From Octopus vulgaris (taxonomy: Eukaryota): a stretch of DNA of 64,000 nt. Where the stretch lies: positions 33,480,001 to 33,544,000 of the forward strand of contig OX597829.1 of the NCBI GenBank assembly GCA_951406725.2. The letters run 5' to 3'. How positions within the stretch are numbered: position 1 is the stretch's first letter; each line of letters opens with the position of its first letter. Shown piece after piece: positions 26,848 to 39,523 of the stretch. The translations under genes and the position numbers were made by a program. The notes beneath the pieces were generated by a model. The model saw nothing but the letters and a program-made list of their open reading frames with translations. It had not been told where the DNA came from and searched no databases.

Positions 26848-28619
26848 TCAATCTGGTTGCCGGGTAGGTCTATAGTTCTTGTAGTTCGCATACTTCTTAT
26901 GCATACAATTTGGGGAGTGTTCTGAGATTTTGTTAAGGAGAGGGCCTTTGGCGAACAAGATCTCTAGGCTCTCCGATATGCAGAGGTCACAGCAGGTATG
27001 GCCTCCAGTGTACGAGTGCGCCTTCTGTAGTAGTTTCCACTTGGTCTTGAAGGGGATGGAGTTCCTTTTAAGGTACCAGATGTAGGCGGCGAGGGTAGTT
27101 TGGTTGGATTTATCCTGTCGCCGGAACGAGTGTGTGTGTGCGTACCAACGGGTCTTAAAGCTGTTTGACGTCATTCCGATGTAGGATTTTCTTTTATCGT
27201 CAAGGCCTGATCTTACCTCGCATGTATATACTAGGTCCCTCTGTAGGCAGTTGTTGTTGAGGGGGCAGGTGGTTTTATCCGGGCAGTTGCAATTGCTATC
27301 GGACGTTGGATGGGCCTCGGAAAAAGTAGATATGTTAAGTTTTTTCACATTGTTGTTGGCTAGGTTCCTGGCTAGATTGGGCGTGGTAGAGTAGGAGAGT
27401 CTTATAGTGTTCTTATTTAGGATAGTGTAGTACTTATGTTGGGTGGGGAAGTGTTTCTGTAGGAGAGTGAAGAAGATTTTAGCTACAGGTGTAGCGACCT
27501 CACGGTTGAAGGGGGGTTGTACCAGCTAATGTGTCTTCGTCTATTTTTCCTGGGTTGGCGTGGGGCTATACTAGTATAGGTAATCTTATCTTTAAAGCCA
27601 CTACGGGCCAGGGCCTCATTGTAATAGGGGGCTGCGGCCTTAAAGATATCTTCCATGGCGGACAGGCTAGAAATTCTAATTGAGACACTTTTTACTAGGT
27701 TATCTAATATATTTTTGGGGTGGTTGGAATTAATATCTATATATCTAAGGGATTCATTCGGTTTGTGGTACGGGTAATAAAGTGAGGTTTTTAAGTCGAG
27801 GGTGACATCAAGGAAGTTAGCTTTTGTTAAGTTGGATTCTAAGGTAATCCTAAGGCCTAGGTTTTTAAAGAAGGTGTAAAGATTTTTCCGGAACCCATCC
27901 GTGGTCCTGGGGTTTATTTTGTGGAGGGCGAAAAGGCCGTCATCGCGGTAAAGACCACCGGAGAGGCCTGTGAATAGGGTTTTCAGCCTATGGAGGATGA
28001 AGAGGCCCACTAGGTCACTTATTTCAGCAGAGTCGTTAGCACCCATGCTGACGTCGAAGGGGGTCACAGATTTTTTGTTGATCCAGTGGGATCCGTCATA
28101 GAAAAGAAAAGTCTTACGTGCGTGGAGGATCACATCTTGCTCGGCCTCGGTGATGGTGGAAGACCTCCTGGCGAAGTTAATCGCGTCGATCAGCAAGCTC
28201 TCCGATATGGAGGCGTAGTAATCCTCGATATCCAGTTGTAGGAATCGGGTGTTGCTTTTATCAGGTAAATCCCGGAACCAGGTTATTGCCTCGGAGGTCC
28301 TATTCCAGAGTGGAAGGGGTGAAGCTTCACGCATTTTTGGTAAAATCCTGTCCAGGATCTTCTTGCTGACGGATCCGATGTCAAACTTGGTTGGGTTAAT
28401 CAAACGGACCGATGGTTTATTTTCGAAATGGTCTTTGTGGTCTTTCAGGGTGAAGTGTGGGGACTTCACCCTCAGGGGTTCGGTTCGGTCATCGATTTTA
28501 AGGGAGGTGGCAATCTCTTTCCCGGCTAAGTTGGTTTCAGTTAGCGCTGCGTCGTCTACTTTCTTGTACTTAGCAGTGATGGCGTTATCGGCTAGTCTGT
28601 TGTAGGTATCCGGAGTGGA
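26848..28619 (-). pseudogene. PLE reverse transcriptase + GIY-YIG endonuclease ORF, 5'-truncated, one frameshift
   Basis: RT motifs LQLDIEDYYASI, MGANDSAEISDLVG, GLYRDDG, NFLDVTLDL, SNHP. One extra base in the G-run 27511-27516 joins it in frame (NPPFNREVATPVAKIFF...) to CNCPDKTTC...VYTCEV...SYIGMTSNSFKTRWYAH...KW...CDLC. Confidence 0.92.
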
Positions 28620-28987
28620 ATGTGTATGTGTAGATATGTATATGTATGTGTAAGTGTATATATATGTGTATATATATATGTGTGTGTATGTATATGTATA
28701 TATGTTTGTATGCGTGTGTATATATGTATACATATGTGCATAGGTATAAGTGAGAATCTCCTTATTTACCTAAAACTCTATTCCCCTTTTTTTATATATA
28801 TATATTTTTTTATTTTTTTATTTTATTTTTTTATTTTTTATTTATTCTTCTATCTAATTTAACACTGACTCCTTGACCACTCCCCCAAGTATGATATTTT
28901 GCGATATGCCTACCCCCAAAAAGTCCCCCACCAACACCCCTTTAAACCTGCCTAAATGTATAAATGCCAATACAATTCTTGTTAACT

Positions 28988-29038
28988 AGCTTCCTGAAGA
29001 TTTCTCTTGAATGAAACAGTTCTAGTCATGTAGAAGCT
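28988..29038 (+). ncRNA. Type I hammerhead ribozyme motif in the inverted PLE end (sense to host pre-mRNA)
   Basis: agcttc-ctgaaga-tttctcttgaat-gaaa-cagttctagtcatg-ta-gaagct. Same as the 23424 copy except one C>A change in helix III. Confidence 0.75.
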
Positions 29039-29043
29039 CCTTC

Positions 29044-29094
<51 letters not shown>

Positions 29095-29353
29095 TACATA
29101 TTTATATACACACATATGTGTGTGTGTGTATGTGTGTATAGAATGTTTAAAGTAGTGTATAGGTTTTATATAAGGAAAAATAGGTAGTCAAAATTTTGGG
29201 TAATCATTTAGTAGTACTTTCATCTCATTCATTTCTGGAACTCATCAGATATGATTTTTTATAGAAGATTATTTACATTTTATATAAATCTGGAAGAAAA
29301 TGTTCTTTTGTTATTTATATGTGTTTGTGTATATATAAATGCATGTACATGTG

Positions 29354-29393
<40 letters not shown>

Positions 29394-29541
29394 CATGCAC
29401 ATATGTGCAAGTGCATGTGTGGTGAACCCCTGGAAGCCTGGCCAGAGGGATAAAGAAAGGAAAAAAGAAAAGAAAGAAAGAAAGAGAGAAGGAAGGAAGG
29501 AAAGAAAGAAAGAAGGAAGGAAAGAAAGAAAGAATGAAGGA

Positions 29542-29581
<40 letters not shown>

Positions 29582-30200
29582 GATTGGGAAGACAGAAATG
29601 CTATTGAAACCTGTTGTCTGAATTGTGCCTGTAATTGAAAGGTGCAGCCTTGTCACACACTTTGTCAGGTTGAGTTTGCCTGAGAATTACAGTATGAGTA
29701 CACACATCTGTGGAATGTTGAATCACTTTAATGTTAATTCAATGAGTTGGTATTTCTGTTGATTGAACAATTGAATACTCCTCATCAAAGCTAATGAAGT
29801 CCTTTTAATGTTATATTAAAATCTAAGCAGCTAATTCATACCTTGATTCATTGAGTAATTTTGTGTCACAAAAATTGAAACAAAGTGGAACACCTTGAAA
29901 CAAAGTGGAACACCTAGTTTCTTGGTTGAATAATATTTCATGTTATATTAAGTGACTAACCAATGATTTTGTGGAGATAAAATAGCTGAAATATAGGTTT
30001 AAGAATCTGATCTGAGCTAGAGGCCGTTTCAGGTTGAATTATAATTAGTAATGTTGTTGTCTACTAAGAAATTGATATGTTTCAGAATTGTTAGTAGGCT
30101 TGTTTTCATTTCCTTTTTGTTTCAAATTGGTGTTTATTTTGTATAATTTCAATGTATGGAGATAATTTCAAACATAAATTTCTTTATCTTCTCTTTCCAG

Positions 30201-30458
30201 AATGATTCGCTATCAGCCTGCACTAGGAATATTTCGAAATACTTTCAACTACAACAACTACATGTATGTTCTTGCAGCTCACATTGCTGAAAGAATCACA
30301 AATAAAACATGGGAAGAAATGATCAAGGATTACATATTTGTTCCACTTGGAATGAAAAATAGTGGATTTTCTGATCAAACTGAATTTAATGAAACTTTTG
30401 CAATGCCTTATGTTGCTGTTCATGGAAAATTGAAGAAAACTGGAATGGAGGTTGTCAG
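30201..30458 (+). CDS. Exon 3 of the beta-lactamase-like gene (YxN motif)
   Basis: Acceptor ctctttccag ends at 30200. Reads FRNTFNYNNYMYVLAAHIAERITNKTWEEMIKDYIFVPLGM (YxN and PLGM family motifs). Donor AG|GTAAAA at 30459; 258 nt, phase 2-2. Confidence 0.93.
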
Positions 30459-30499
30459 GTAAAATTATGTATGCATGTATGTATTTCTCTGTTCGTTTG

Positions 30500-30547
<48 letters not shown>

Positions 30548-30734
30548 TGTGTGTGCGTGTGCGTGCGTGTGTGTGTGTGTGCGTGTGATATCTAAAAGAT
30601 TGAAAAGTAAACTGTAGAAACTCTGCCAGATCAGATTGGAGTCTGGTTCGCCAGACCTCAGTCAAATCATCCAACCCATGCTAGCATGGAAAGCGGACGT
30701 TAAATGATGATGATGATGATGACGACATATACAT

Positions 30735-31102
30735 AGCCCTCCATCGGTTATGATGATGAAGGTTCCAGTTGATCCAATCAACAGAAGAGCCTGCTCTTGA
30801 AATTAATGTGCAAGTGGTTGAGCACTCCACTGACATGTGTACCTTTAAAGTAGTTCTCAGGGAGATTCAGTGTGACACCGAGTGTGACAAGGCTGGGCCT
30901 TTAAACTACAACAGAAACAAGAAGAAAGAGGGAAAGTTGTGGTGAAAAAGTACAGCAGGGTTCGCCACCATCCCCTGCTGGAGCCTCATGGAACTTTAAG
31001 AGTTTTCACTCAATAAACACTCACAACACCCGGTCTGGGAATCGAAACTGCGAACCTACGACTGTGAGTCCAGTGTCGTAACCATTGGGCCATTGCGCTT
31101 CC
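30735..31102 (-). mobile_element. tRNA-derived SINE, second family
   Basis: Minus-strand head ggaagcgcaatggcccaatggtt...gtttcgattcccagacc (A/B boxes); related pieces at ~4505-4795 (-) and ~29600-29790 (+). Confidence 0.75.
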
Positions 31103-31894
31103 GCATACATATACACTCACATATATATCTATGTATCTATACATATACATCCATATATCCATGCATATATATCTATGTATCCACATATACATACACATAC
31201 ACACATATATATGTATATATATATATATTTATATATTTTTATATATATATATATTTATACATATACACACATATACATACACATACATATATATATACAT
31301 GCATACATACATACATGCATGCATACATTATATATATAGTCATTATTTTAGTTTAAGTCTCATTTTGTTTCCTTTTGCTTAATATAAAATGTCAGTTCTT
31401 GTTACTGGATGAGACTTATTTGAGAAAATAATCTACAGTAGAAGATAGCTGCCTAAAGTACTAGAAAGTGAAAGAAAACTCAAGGTCACCTGATGTGATA
31501 TCATGGGTATGTGTCTTTTACTGTTGCTTAAGAAGAAAAAAATGAGGAGGATGTAGTGGTGATGGTGATGATGATAATATTGGGAGGAGGAGGAGGAGGA
31601 GGAGAAGAAGAAGAAGAAGAAGAAGAAGAAGAAAGTGGAAGAGAGAAAAAGAGTAGAAACAGATAAGAGGAAAGTGACCAGAATTAGAGGAGAAGTAGAC
31701 AGAAAAGGAGGGAACTACAGAAGAAGAAGAATGGAAGGGGGATAAAATGATATTTAATGATATTTGAAATTGCTGATGACCGAAAAGAAATAAAAAACAG
31801 AAAAAAAGGTCATTTAGATCTTGATGGCATTGATCTGAAATGGCTTTTATGAGTAAAAGATAGTTGATATTTAACGGATTGTGTAAAATTCAAC

Positions 31895-32095
31895 TCTCTT
31901 TACTCTTTTACTTGTTTCAGTCATTTGACTGTGGCCATGCTGGAGCACTGCCTTTAGTCGAGCACATCGACCCCAGGACTTATTCTTTGTAAGCCTAGTA
32001 CTTATTCTATCGATCTCTTTTGCCAAACCGCTAAGTTACAGGGACGTAAACACACCAGCATTGGTTGTCAAGCGGTGTTGGTGGGACAAACACAG
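31895..32095 (-). mobile_element. 3' half of the same SINE family
   Basis: ttttacttgtttcagtcatttgactgtggccatgctggag is the reverse complement of the 5386-5780 tail. Confidence 0.8.
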
Positions 32096-32449
32096 ATACA
32101 CACACACACACGCGCGCGCACACACATACACACACACACACACACACATCTGCTTTCATACACACACACACAGCTACTTTCATAATGCATAAAACTACCT
32201 TTATACACACATCTATATCATCATCCTTCCTTTATGTCTGGATGCCCATCCTGATATCAACCTTATTAGTTACCTCTTATTACATGCAAGGATATAGTTA
32301 TACCTATTCTAGCAATAGGGACATACACAATAAATGCACTCACATACACCCACAAACACATACATGCATATCCACCCTCCCATGTACATACACATATACA
32401 TATAACATATATATATATATATATATATGCACATACATGCACACACACA

Positions 32450-32494
<45 letters not shown>

Positions 32495-32700
32495 TCTTTT
32501 ATTCTTTTACTTGTTTCAGTCATTTGACTGCAGCCATGTTGGAGCACTGTCTTTAGTTAAACCAATCAACCACCACTCCAGGACTTATTCTTTGTAAGCC
32601 TTGTACTTATTCTCATTTGCTAAACCGCTAAGTTACAGGGACGTAAACACACCAACATCAGGGTCAATCGGTGATGGGGGAACAAACACAAACACACAAA
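32495..32700 (-). mobile_element. 3' half of the same SINE family
   Basis: ttttacttgtttcagtcatttgactgcagccatgttggag...ccgctaagttacagggacgtaaacacacc. Confidence 0.8.
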
Positions 32701-33176
32701 CACATACATATATCTATCTATCTATCTATCTATCTGTCTGTTTGCATGTCTGTCTGTCTGTCTGTCTATCTACATTTCTCTGTGTGTGTGTGTGTTCATT
32801 GATATCTTTAACTCTAGGACATTCAGAATTCTTTGTCAAATGTAATGCTTATTTATTTACATTGTTTTGAATTAATCACGCATTATTTTGTAGCTTCAAG
32901 ATTTCAATGATATGTTTGTAGATTTTAGAATGACATTATAGGATAGGTACGAGAGGTTGAATCAGGTCTGTTTTAGCACAAAACATATAGAGTATTTGGG
33001 CCAGATATAGCCGAATTAAATGCTAAAGGGTTAATTTGAGTTAGGGCTAAAAATTTTTGTAACTCACCCTCAAACTCTTTTTCCTACTGACTACCATACC
33101 ATTTGACTACAATTCCATATTTTAGATAGCTTATTCCACCTTTCTTTTTTTCTTAATTCAATTCTCTGTTTTCCAG

Positions 33177-33427
33177 GTCTATATACCCTGCTGGACCAGC
33201 AGGTTCTATCTACACTACACCAACAGATATGATCAAATGGATAAAATTTCATTTGGAACAAAATACTTCAGGGAATTCACTTAACATCCATCCTGAACGT
33301 TTGAAAGATACATATAAACCCATCAGCCCAAAACCAGTTTTAGAAGATGATCTGACGAAACCTAAGTTTCCCATTGATGATGTGTTTGTATCATACAACA
33401 TGGGCTGGATAAGTTCTGTGTATAGAG
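33177..33427 (+). CDS. Exon 4 of the beta-lactamase-like gene
   Basis: Acceptor ttttccag ends at 33176. Reads SIYPAGPAGSIYTTPTDMIKWIKFHL...YNMGWISSVYR (AGxIxxTxxDM and YxxGW motifs). Donor G|GTTAGT at 33428; phase 2 in, phase 1 out. Confidence 0.92.
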
Positions 33428-33451
33428 GTTAGTTATTAATCACTTTAAATG

Positions 33452-33452
<1 letters not shown>

Positions 33453-33497
<45 letters not shown>

Positions 33498-33518
33498 ATT
33501 ATTATTATTATTGTTATT

Positions 33519-33549
<31 letters not shown>

Positions 33550-33659
33550 TTATTATTATTATTATCATTATTGTTATTATTATTATTATTTTTATTATTA
33601 TTATTATTATCATCATTATTGTTATTATTATTAATATTATTATTATTGTTGTTATTGTT

Positions 33660-33690
<31 letters not shown>

Positions 33691-33705
33691 TTATCATTAT
33701 TATTA

Positions 33706-33739
<34 letters not shown>

Positions 33740-33756
33740 CATTATTGTTATTGTTA

Positions 33757-33797
<41 letters not shown>

Positions 33798-33821
33798 GTT
33801 ATTATTATTATTATTATTATT
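33453..33821. repeat. (ATT)n microsatellite immediately after exon 4
   Basis: Directly visible. Confidence 0.95.
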
Positions 33822-34362
33822 GAGTGAGAGAGCAGTGCATGCCATCAAAGTGACACTGGGGTAAAATATACGAAGCCCAGTATACCTGTCTGATAAAGGT
33901 AACCCAGGCACATACATCACAACCATATGTGCGTAACATAGTGATCTCATATCAAGATAAACAGCACATGACCTTGCAGGTGGGGCCCAGTTTGAAATTT
34001 CTTTAGGTTGTGTAGCTCATCCCACTCAAAAGGTCCCTTAATAAGGGTTGTTTTAGGATGTTGAACAACACACCCATGTTTTCAGAGGTGAATTATTCAA
34101 ACCCCAAAGAATTCCTCTCAACACATGGCTATGATGCACCCCCACTACTTCTGCTCATGATCAGAGATGCCCATATCATCAGACACTAAGGGACATGCTC
34201 AACTAGTTACGGTCAAACAAGTGACAAGCAAATCTGTGGTATTGAGCAGAATATTTGCTGTAGCCCATCTTTTATACCAAGACAAAACAATCTACATGAT
34301 AACACTTCCAGTCTGTTAAGATCAGAAGCCATGAGAGCCAGTGCCTCGTATTGCATTAGGGC

Positions 34363-34400
<38 letters not shown>

Positions 34401-34950
34401 GAGTGAGAGAGCAGCACATGCCATCAATGTGACACTGGGGTACAAATATATGAAGCCCAATATACCCATCACGACTACACTCTGATAAGGATACATGAAG
34501 CACATGCATCACAACCATATGTGCATAACATGTCATATATGCATAACAATGCTCATATAACAATATGTGCATAATATGTGCATAACATGTCATATCAAGA
34601 TAAACAGTGCATGACCTTGCAGGTGGCACTGAGTTAGAATTTTCTTCACATTGAGTAGCCCATCACCTCTGAATAAGGTTTGTTTAAGGATGTTGAATGA
34701 AACCCCCATGTTTCCAAAGGTGAATTATTCAAATCTCAAAAAATTCCTCTTGACACATGACTGTGATGCTTCCCCATTACTTCTGCTCCTGATCAGAGAT
34801 GTATATATTGTCAGTCACCAAGGGACATGCTCAACTGGTTAAGGTCAAGAAAGCAACAAGCAACTCTGTGATATTGAGCAGAATATTTGCTGTAGCCCAT
34901 CTTTTATACCAAGACAAAACATATACATGATAACACTTCCAATCAGAAAT
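33822..34950 (-). mobile_element. Two tandem copies (~33822-34365 and ~34401-34950) of a ~550-bp retro-element 3' segment in (ATT)n
   Basis: Both copies start gagtgagagagcag...gccatca..gtgacactggggta directly after (att)n and stay collinear to gataacacttcca. Strand and element class are inferred. Confidence 0.75.
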
Positions 34951-34954
34951 TATT

Positions 34955-35700
34955 ATTGTGGAAGGGACGTGTTCTAATGGTCAAGCAGTTAGTCTGTTGC
35001 CAGCATCCTCTGACTGGTGGATTGGGCTCCTGATGTGCAAACACATTCTTAGGTTACAATTGTGAGGCTCATCTTTCTACAGTTTGTCTCCTTTACTGAG
35101 CTGCATTCCTGGATGAAGAAAGGTCTGAGACTGAGTGCTTGGCACCTAGAATGTTGTCAGGCACTCACAACTCTCTACTATATAGGATTAGTGGCAAGGA
35201 AGTGTGATGACAGGGGAGACTTTGGGTGCTGATGAAAATAAACTGTGCTGTTAGATGAACTTGTCCAAGGTGCATGCAGAGTAATGAAACCATTCTGCAT
35301 GCACTCGTTCAGTGACTTGGCATTGTTGACGTGTGAGGTTATGTCAAACAGCTGCTTTCACATGTGGGATGGATCCATCTATCAGCTGAGTCCATAGTGA
35401 TGATTACCCTGCCGCCCTCCTTCAGTCAAGCAAGCAAGGCAGTTTTCTTTTGCCTGGTGGCTGTGGCAAAATAGGTTGTTTGGTGGACAAGGTTGAAAGG
35501 CATGATGACAGATACATTCCTCTTTGGTAGTGCTCTCATTTACTTCAAGTTTTACTTGAAAAGGAAATTGTAAATGGAGAGGGAAGTTCTGTCCTTGAGT
35601 GAGTTTATTAAAGGTGAATGAAAGTTGCCAAAAAGGGTAAGAGTGGATGGTACCTCTCTAAGTGTAGACCTGTGAGTCAGAGTGAAGGAATTGGAAAGGG
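34955..35700 (+). mobile_element. Tx1/L1-like LINE 3' fragment
   Basis: tgtccaaggtgcatgcagagtaatgaaaccattctgcatgcactcgttcag = CPRCMQSNETILHALVQ zinc knuckle; otherwise decayed. Confidence 0.55.
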
Positions 35701-37319
35701 CACTTGTTCTTGGTGTTCAGGGAAATCTTGGACAGTGGGGTTTCTTGATTATCCCTAGAGGTCATCCTGTATCAGGAGGACTACTTCTCTATCAACTTCC
35801 ACCCCTTTTTTCTTCTTTAAACCTTTGTATACTATGTATTTGTCCCTTCCTTTTCATTATATACTGTGTATATGTATGGTATAGTTTTTAAAATTATTTT
35901 ATCATAAAATTTTTTTTTTATTTTATCATTTCATTATATGTAAACCCCAACTTTATGCCTGTCTTTGTATTGTCCTCTCATCCTTTGCCATGATGGCAAA
36001 TAGATGAAATCATTATTATTATTATCATTCATTGTCATCATCATTGTTGTTGTCATCATTGTCATCACCATCATCATCATCATCATCATCATCATTATCA
36101 TCATGGTTGTTGTTGTCAGTATCATTGCTCTACACCCACTTTTTATGTTGGCATGAGATGATAATATGAGCCAGTTTTTGTTTGGTGTTCCTGCCCTCTT
36201 AGATGTGTGAGGGAACCACATCTTTCTGGTAGTTTTTATTTTTGGCATGGTTTTTATGACTGTCTATGATTGGGTGCCCTTTCTAACGCCAACTAGTTTT
36301 TTTTACAGAGTGTACTTGTACATTTTATCATAAGACTTGCACTAACGTTGCTGTCATATCCTCAACAAGAGAAGACAAAGATTCTCCTGACTCTATATTG
36401 TCTCCATTCATTTGCTAAACAATTTACAGAGTATACTGGCTGCATTTTAATATTGACCACTATTAGTAAGGTCGCTGTATATCCTGTATGACAAAAGAAG
36501 TCCTCACTGTTTTACATGGTCTCCATTCATTGGGGAAATGAGGCCAATGCAGCAGTTACAGGTAGTGGTACTTGCAGAAGATGAACTAGGATGAAAAGGA
36601 GAAAAGAGTGAGGGTTTGATGGAACAGTGTGAAAGAGGATAGAGAAACAGGAGAAATTGTGCTAGAAGCAGTAATGGCCTGGGAAACAGTAATGGCATGG
36701 ATAATGGTAGATAGACACTAAAGGCAGGTACATAAGTGCTGTTAAGAGAGAAATAATGAGTGTTAAATAGTCATAGGAATGGTCAATTGTAAGAGAATGT
36801 GATGAATGTCAATAATAAGAGAACTGGAAGAGAAAGTGTGGTGATTTGTAGTATAGAAGGCTAAAGGTAGCTGGTAAAAGAAAACATGACCAGTAAATAG
36901 TCAATGGATGAAAAACACATAAATTCCTACCTTTGGCTCCTCTCATATGTAAATGATACAAATTATTGTTAATACATCAGTGTAGTGGTACACAAAATGC
37001 ATTGCATTCAGGAGTGTGACTGATCAGAGTAAACATAATTATCATCAACAAAACTCTATAATATAGTCCTAGATACACCATGTCTGAAAAAGAGACTAGA
37101 TGCTCAAGACTGGAACACATTTGATTACAAGTGTAGTGGGTTGAGACTAAATTGGGACTAAGCAATACCAGCAATAACATTTAGTACCATTCTTGCATCA
37201 CAGTTTTGTGGTCAAAAGAAATATTATGTTATTCATAAAAATGGCCAGGCCTCCTTGAGGAATCCTGTGAAGGGTGAGATATGGGCAGATTATTTGGATT
37301 ATCTTTTTACAATTTTTAT

Positions 37320-37498
37320 TTTTTAGTCATTAAACTGTAGTCATGAAAAAATTTTAGTCAAATGAATCGACCCCAGTACTTATTTTTTCTTTAAGCCTGG
37401 TACATATTCTACTAATCTCTTTTGCCGAACCACTAAGTTACAGGGATGTAAACACACCAGCTCCAGTTGTCAAGCAGTGGTTGAGGACAAACACACGT

Positions 37499-37547
<49 letters not shown>

Positions 37548-37715
37548 ATGACATGATAGGCTCCTTTCAGTTTCCATCTACCAATTCACTTACACAGTTT
37601 TGATTGGCCCAAGGCTACAGTAGACTACATTTGCCCAAGGTGCCATGCAGTGGGACTGTGAGACTGATCCCAGAATCATGTGGCTGGGAAGCAAGGTTCT
37701 TACCACACAGCCATG
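37320..37715 (-). mobile_element. Full-length copy of the same SINE family
   Basis: Reverse-complement head ttaccacacagcc at ~37701-37713, body tgcccaaggtgccatgcagtgggactg, internal (CA)n. Confidence 0.8.
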
Positions 37716-37981
37716 TTGTCCAGCCCCATGGTAAAGAAAGAAAAATATGTGTATGAATATTATTTTGTTTTCTTAATTAAGAAGATGATTGCAAAAAAAC
37801 TTTCCTAATATTTTGATGATGGTAAGACTGGTATTGTTAAGCCTTAGTCATTGTAAAAACAATCATTTGGACAAAAGAAAAAAATCAATTTTATTCATGA
37901 TAGCTTTAGAAATATGGTTAAAGGAATTCATTTTTGACATGCTACTGTAAAAATTAATTCTTAATTTTATTTCCTTTTCAG

Positions 37982-38718
37982 GTTACAACAGGCTTTGGCA
38001 TTCAGGTCTAATTCCACCTTATTCTTCAATGCTCCATCTCTTTCCTGATATAAATGCAGGTATTTTTGTTGCAATAAACGGGCCACTTGGAAGTAATCAT
38101 CGCTATGGATTAAAATCATTGGCTTGGAGAGGTTCTGATATTCTTCTTGGTGAGAAACCTTGGTTAAACACAAGTACCTCTTGCTCATACCCTAAACCTT
38201 GGTATACAGTTGCTAAGACATCTCAAGTACAACCTAAAAAAACCGTACATCTTCATCGACCAGCCAAAGACTTTTTGGGTTTGTTTTGTCATAGAGGTTT
38301 TGGAAATATTACAGTTTTTCTCAATCAGACCAGCCAAAAACTAAACATAGAATTTGGCAGATATGGTAAATTAAGCCTGAGACCTGTTGGCAAGAATGAA
38401 TTCATAGCAAAAAATTATGGAGCTCTTTGGTTCTTAACTGATTCTGATGATAATAATGAGACGATGACTGTAAGATTTTCGGAAAACAGTGAAAATGAGA
38501 TTGAATCAATATTGTTTCCTGTAGGTAATGATTTTGTGGTGCCATTTGTAAAAGACATGAAGGAGCCAGTTTATGTAAGTGTCACTATGAAGATGGCAAC
38601 ATGCTCAGCTGTGAAACAGAAGGAACCACAAGAACACTTGATGTTTTTCACTACTATACTCTGCTGTACTGCTTCACTTTTTCTCAGTGGTATTCAACCA
38701 GGAATAGCGATAAGTTGA
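37982..38718 (+). CDS. Exon 5 (last coding exon): HSG motif, C-terminal accessory domain, hydrophobic tail
   Basis: Acceptor ttccttttcag ends at 37981; G+GT restores Gly. Reads YNRLWHSGLIPPYSSMLHLFPDINAGIFVAIN (third active-site motif HSG), then a GLFCHRGFGNITV-type accessory domain and the hydrophobic end LMFFTTILCCTASLFLSGI. TGA at 38716-38718. Total CDS 3066 nt. Confidence 0.92.
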
Positions 38719-39279
38719 ATAGTCAGTTCACCCTTGTTAGAATTTTCTAAATTAAAGAAGTCTGTATATAGAAAGTGATGTATGGAATGATGTAAAATAT
38801 CTGTATGGATGGGTGGATATGTGTAGAGTAGACAGACAGAAATAGAAGCAGTCAAATATACAGAAGGTGAGAATATACAGACAGTTTCCTAGTGATACAC
38901 ACAGCTGACTGTAGAAAATAGGTAGATATAGGAAGAGAGGGATATACTGAAAATACTAAAAGATATATTGGTAAGATGCTAGATAATCAAAAATACGGTT
39001 ATGTGTGTGTGTATGTGTGCGTGTAGATGCATGTGTGTGTGTGTGTGTGCATACACACACACATAGATAGAGAAAGAAATCAATTGATCAGTGAAAAGTG
39101 AGAAAACTAGAGAGACAGAAATACTTAGCAAAATGGACAGATAGATAGATGAGTGACTAAGTAGATGGATATAACCAGCTATACTCCTCTCTGATGAATT
39201 TAAATAAGGCTGTGTTCATGACAAAAAAATTATCATTATCATCATCATCATCATCATCATCATTATTATTATTATTTGC

Positions 39280-39473
39280 TGGGTAAAAATGCTGGCATTA
39301 CATCTGTCTTCATGCTCTGAGTTCAAATTCTGCCATGGTCAACTTTGCCTTCCATCCTTTCAGGGTTGGTAAAATAAGTACCAGTTGAACACTGGGGCCA
39401 ATGTAATCAACTTACCCACATCCTTGTAATTGCTGGCTTTGTGCCAAAATTTGGAATCATCATCATCATCATC

Positions 39474-39523
<50 letters not shown>

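Larger units (their letters stand above)
23339..29051 (-). mobile_element. Young, 5'-truncated Penelope-like element with a long microsatellite-rich 3' region and an inverted copy of its 3' end at the 5' junction
   Basis: RT+GIY-YIG coding region at 26848-28619. 23411-23829 is the near-identical reverse complement of 28620-29051. Both ends abut (TA)n. Confidence 0.88.

Noticed and set aside
28620-28733. N-terminal MYTYIHTH... part of the 416-aa ORF
   Set aside because: Comes from the inverted microsatellite arm, not from the RT; the element is 5'-truncated at ~28619.
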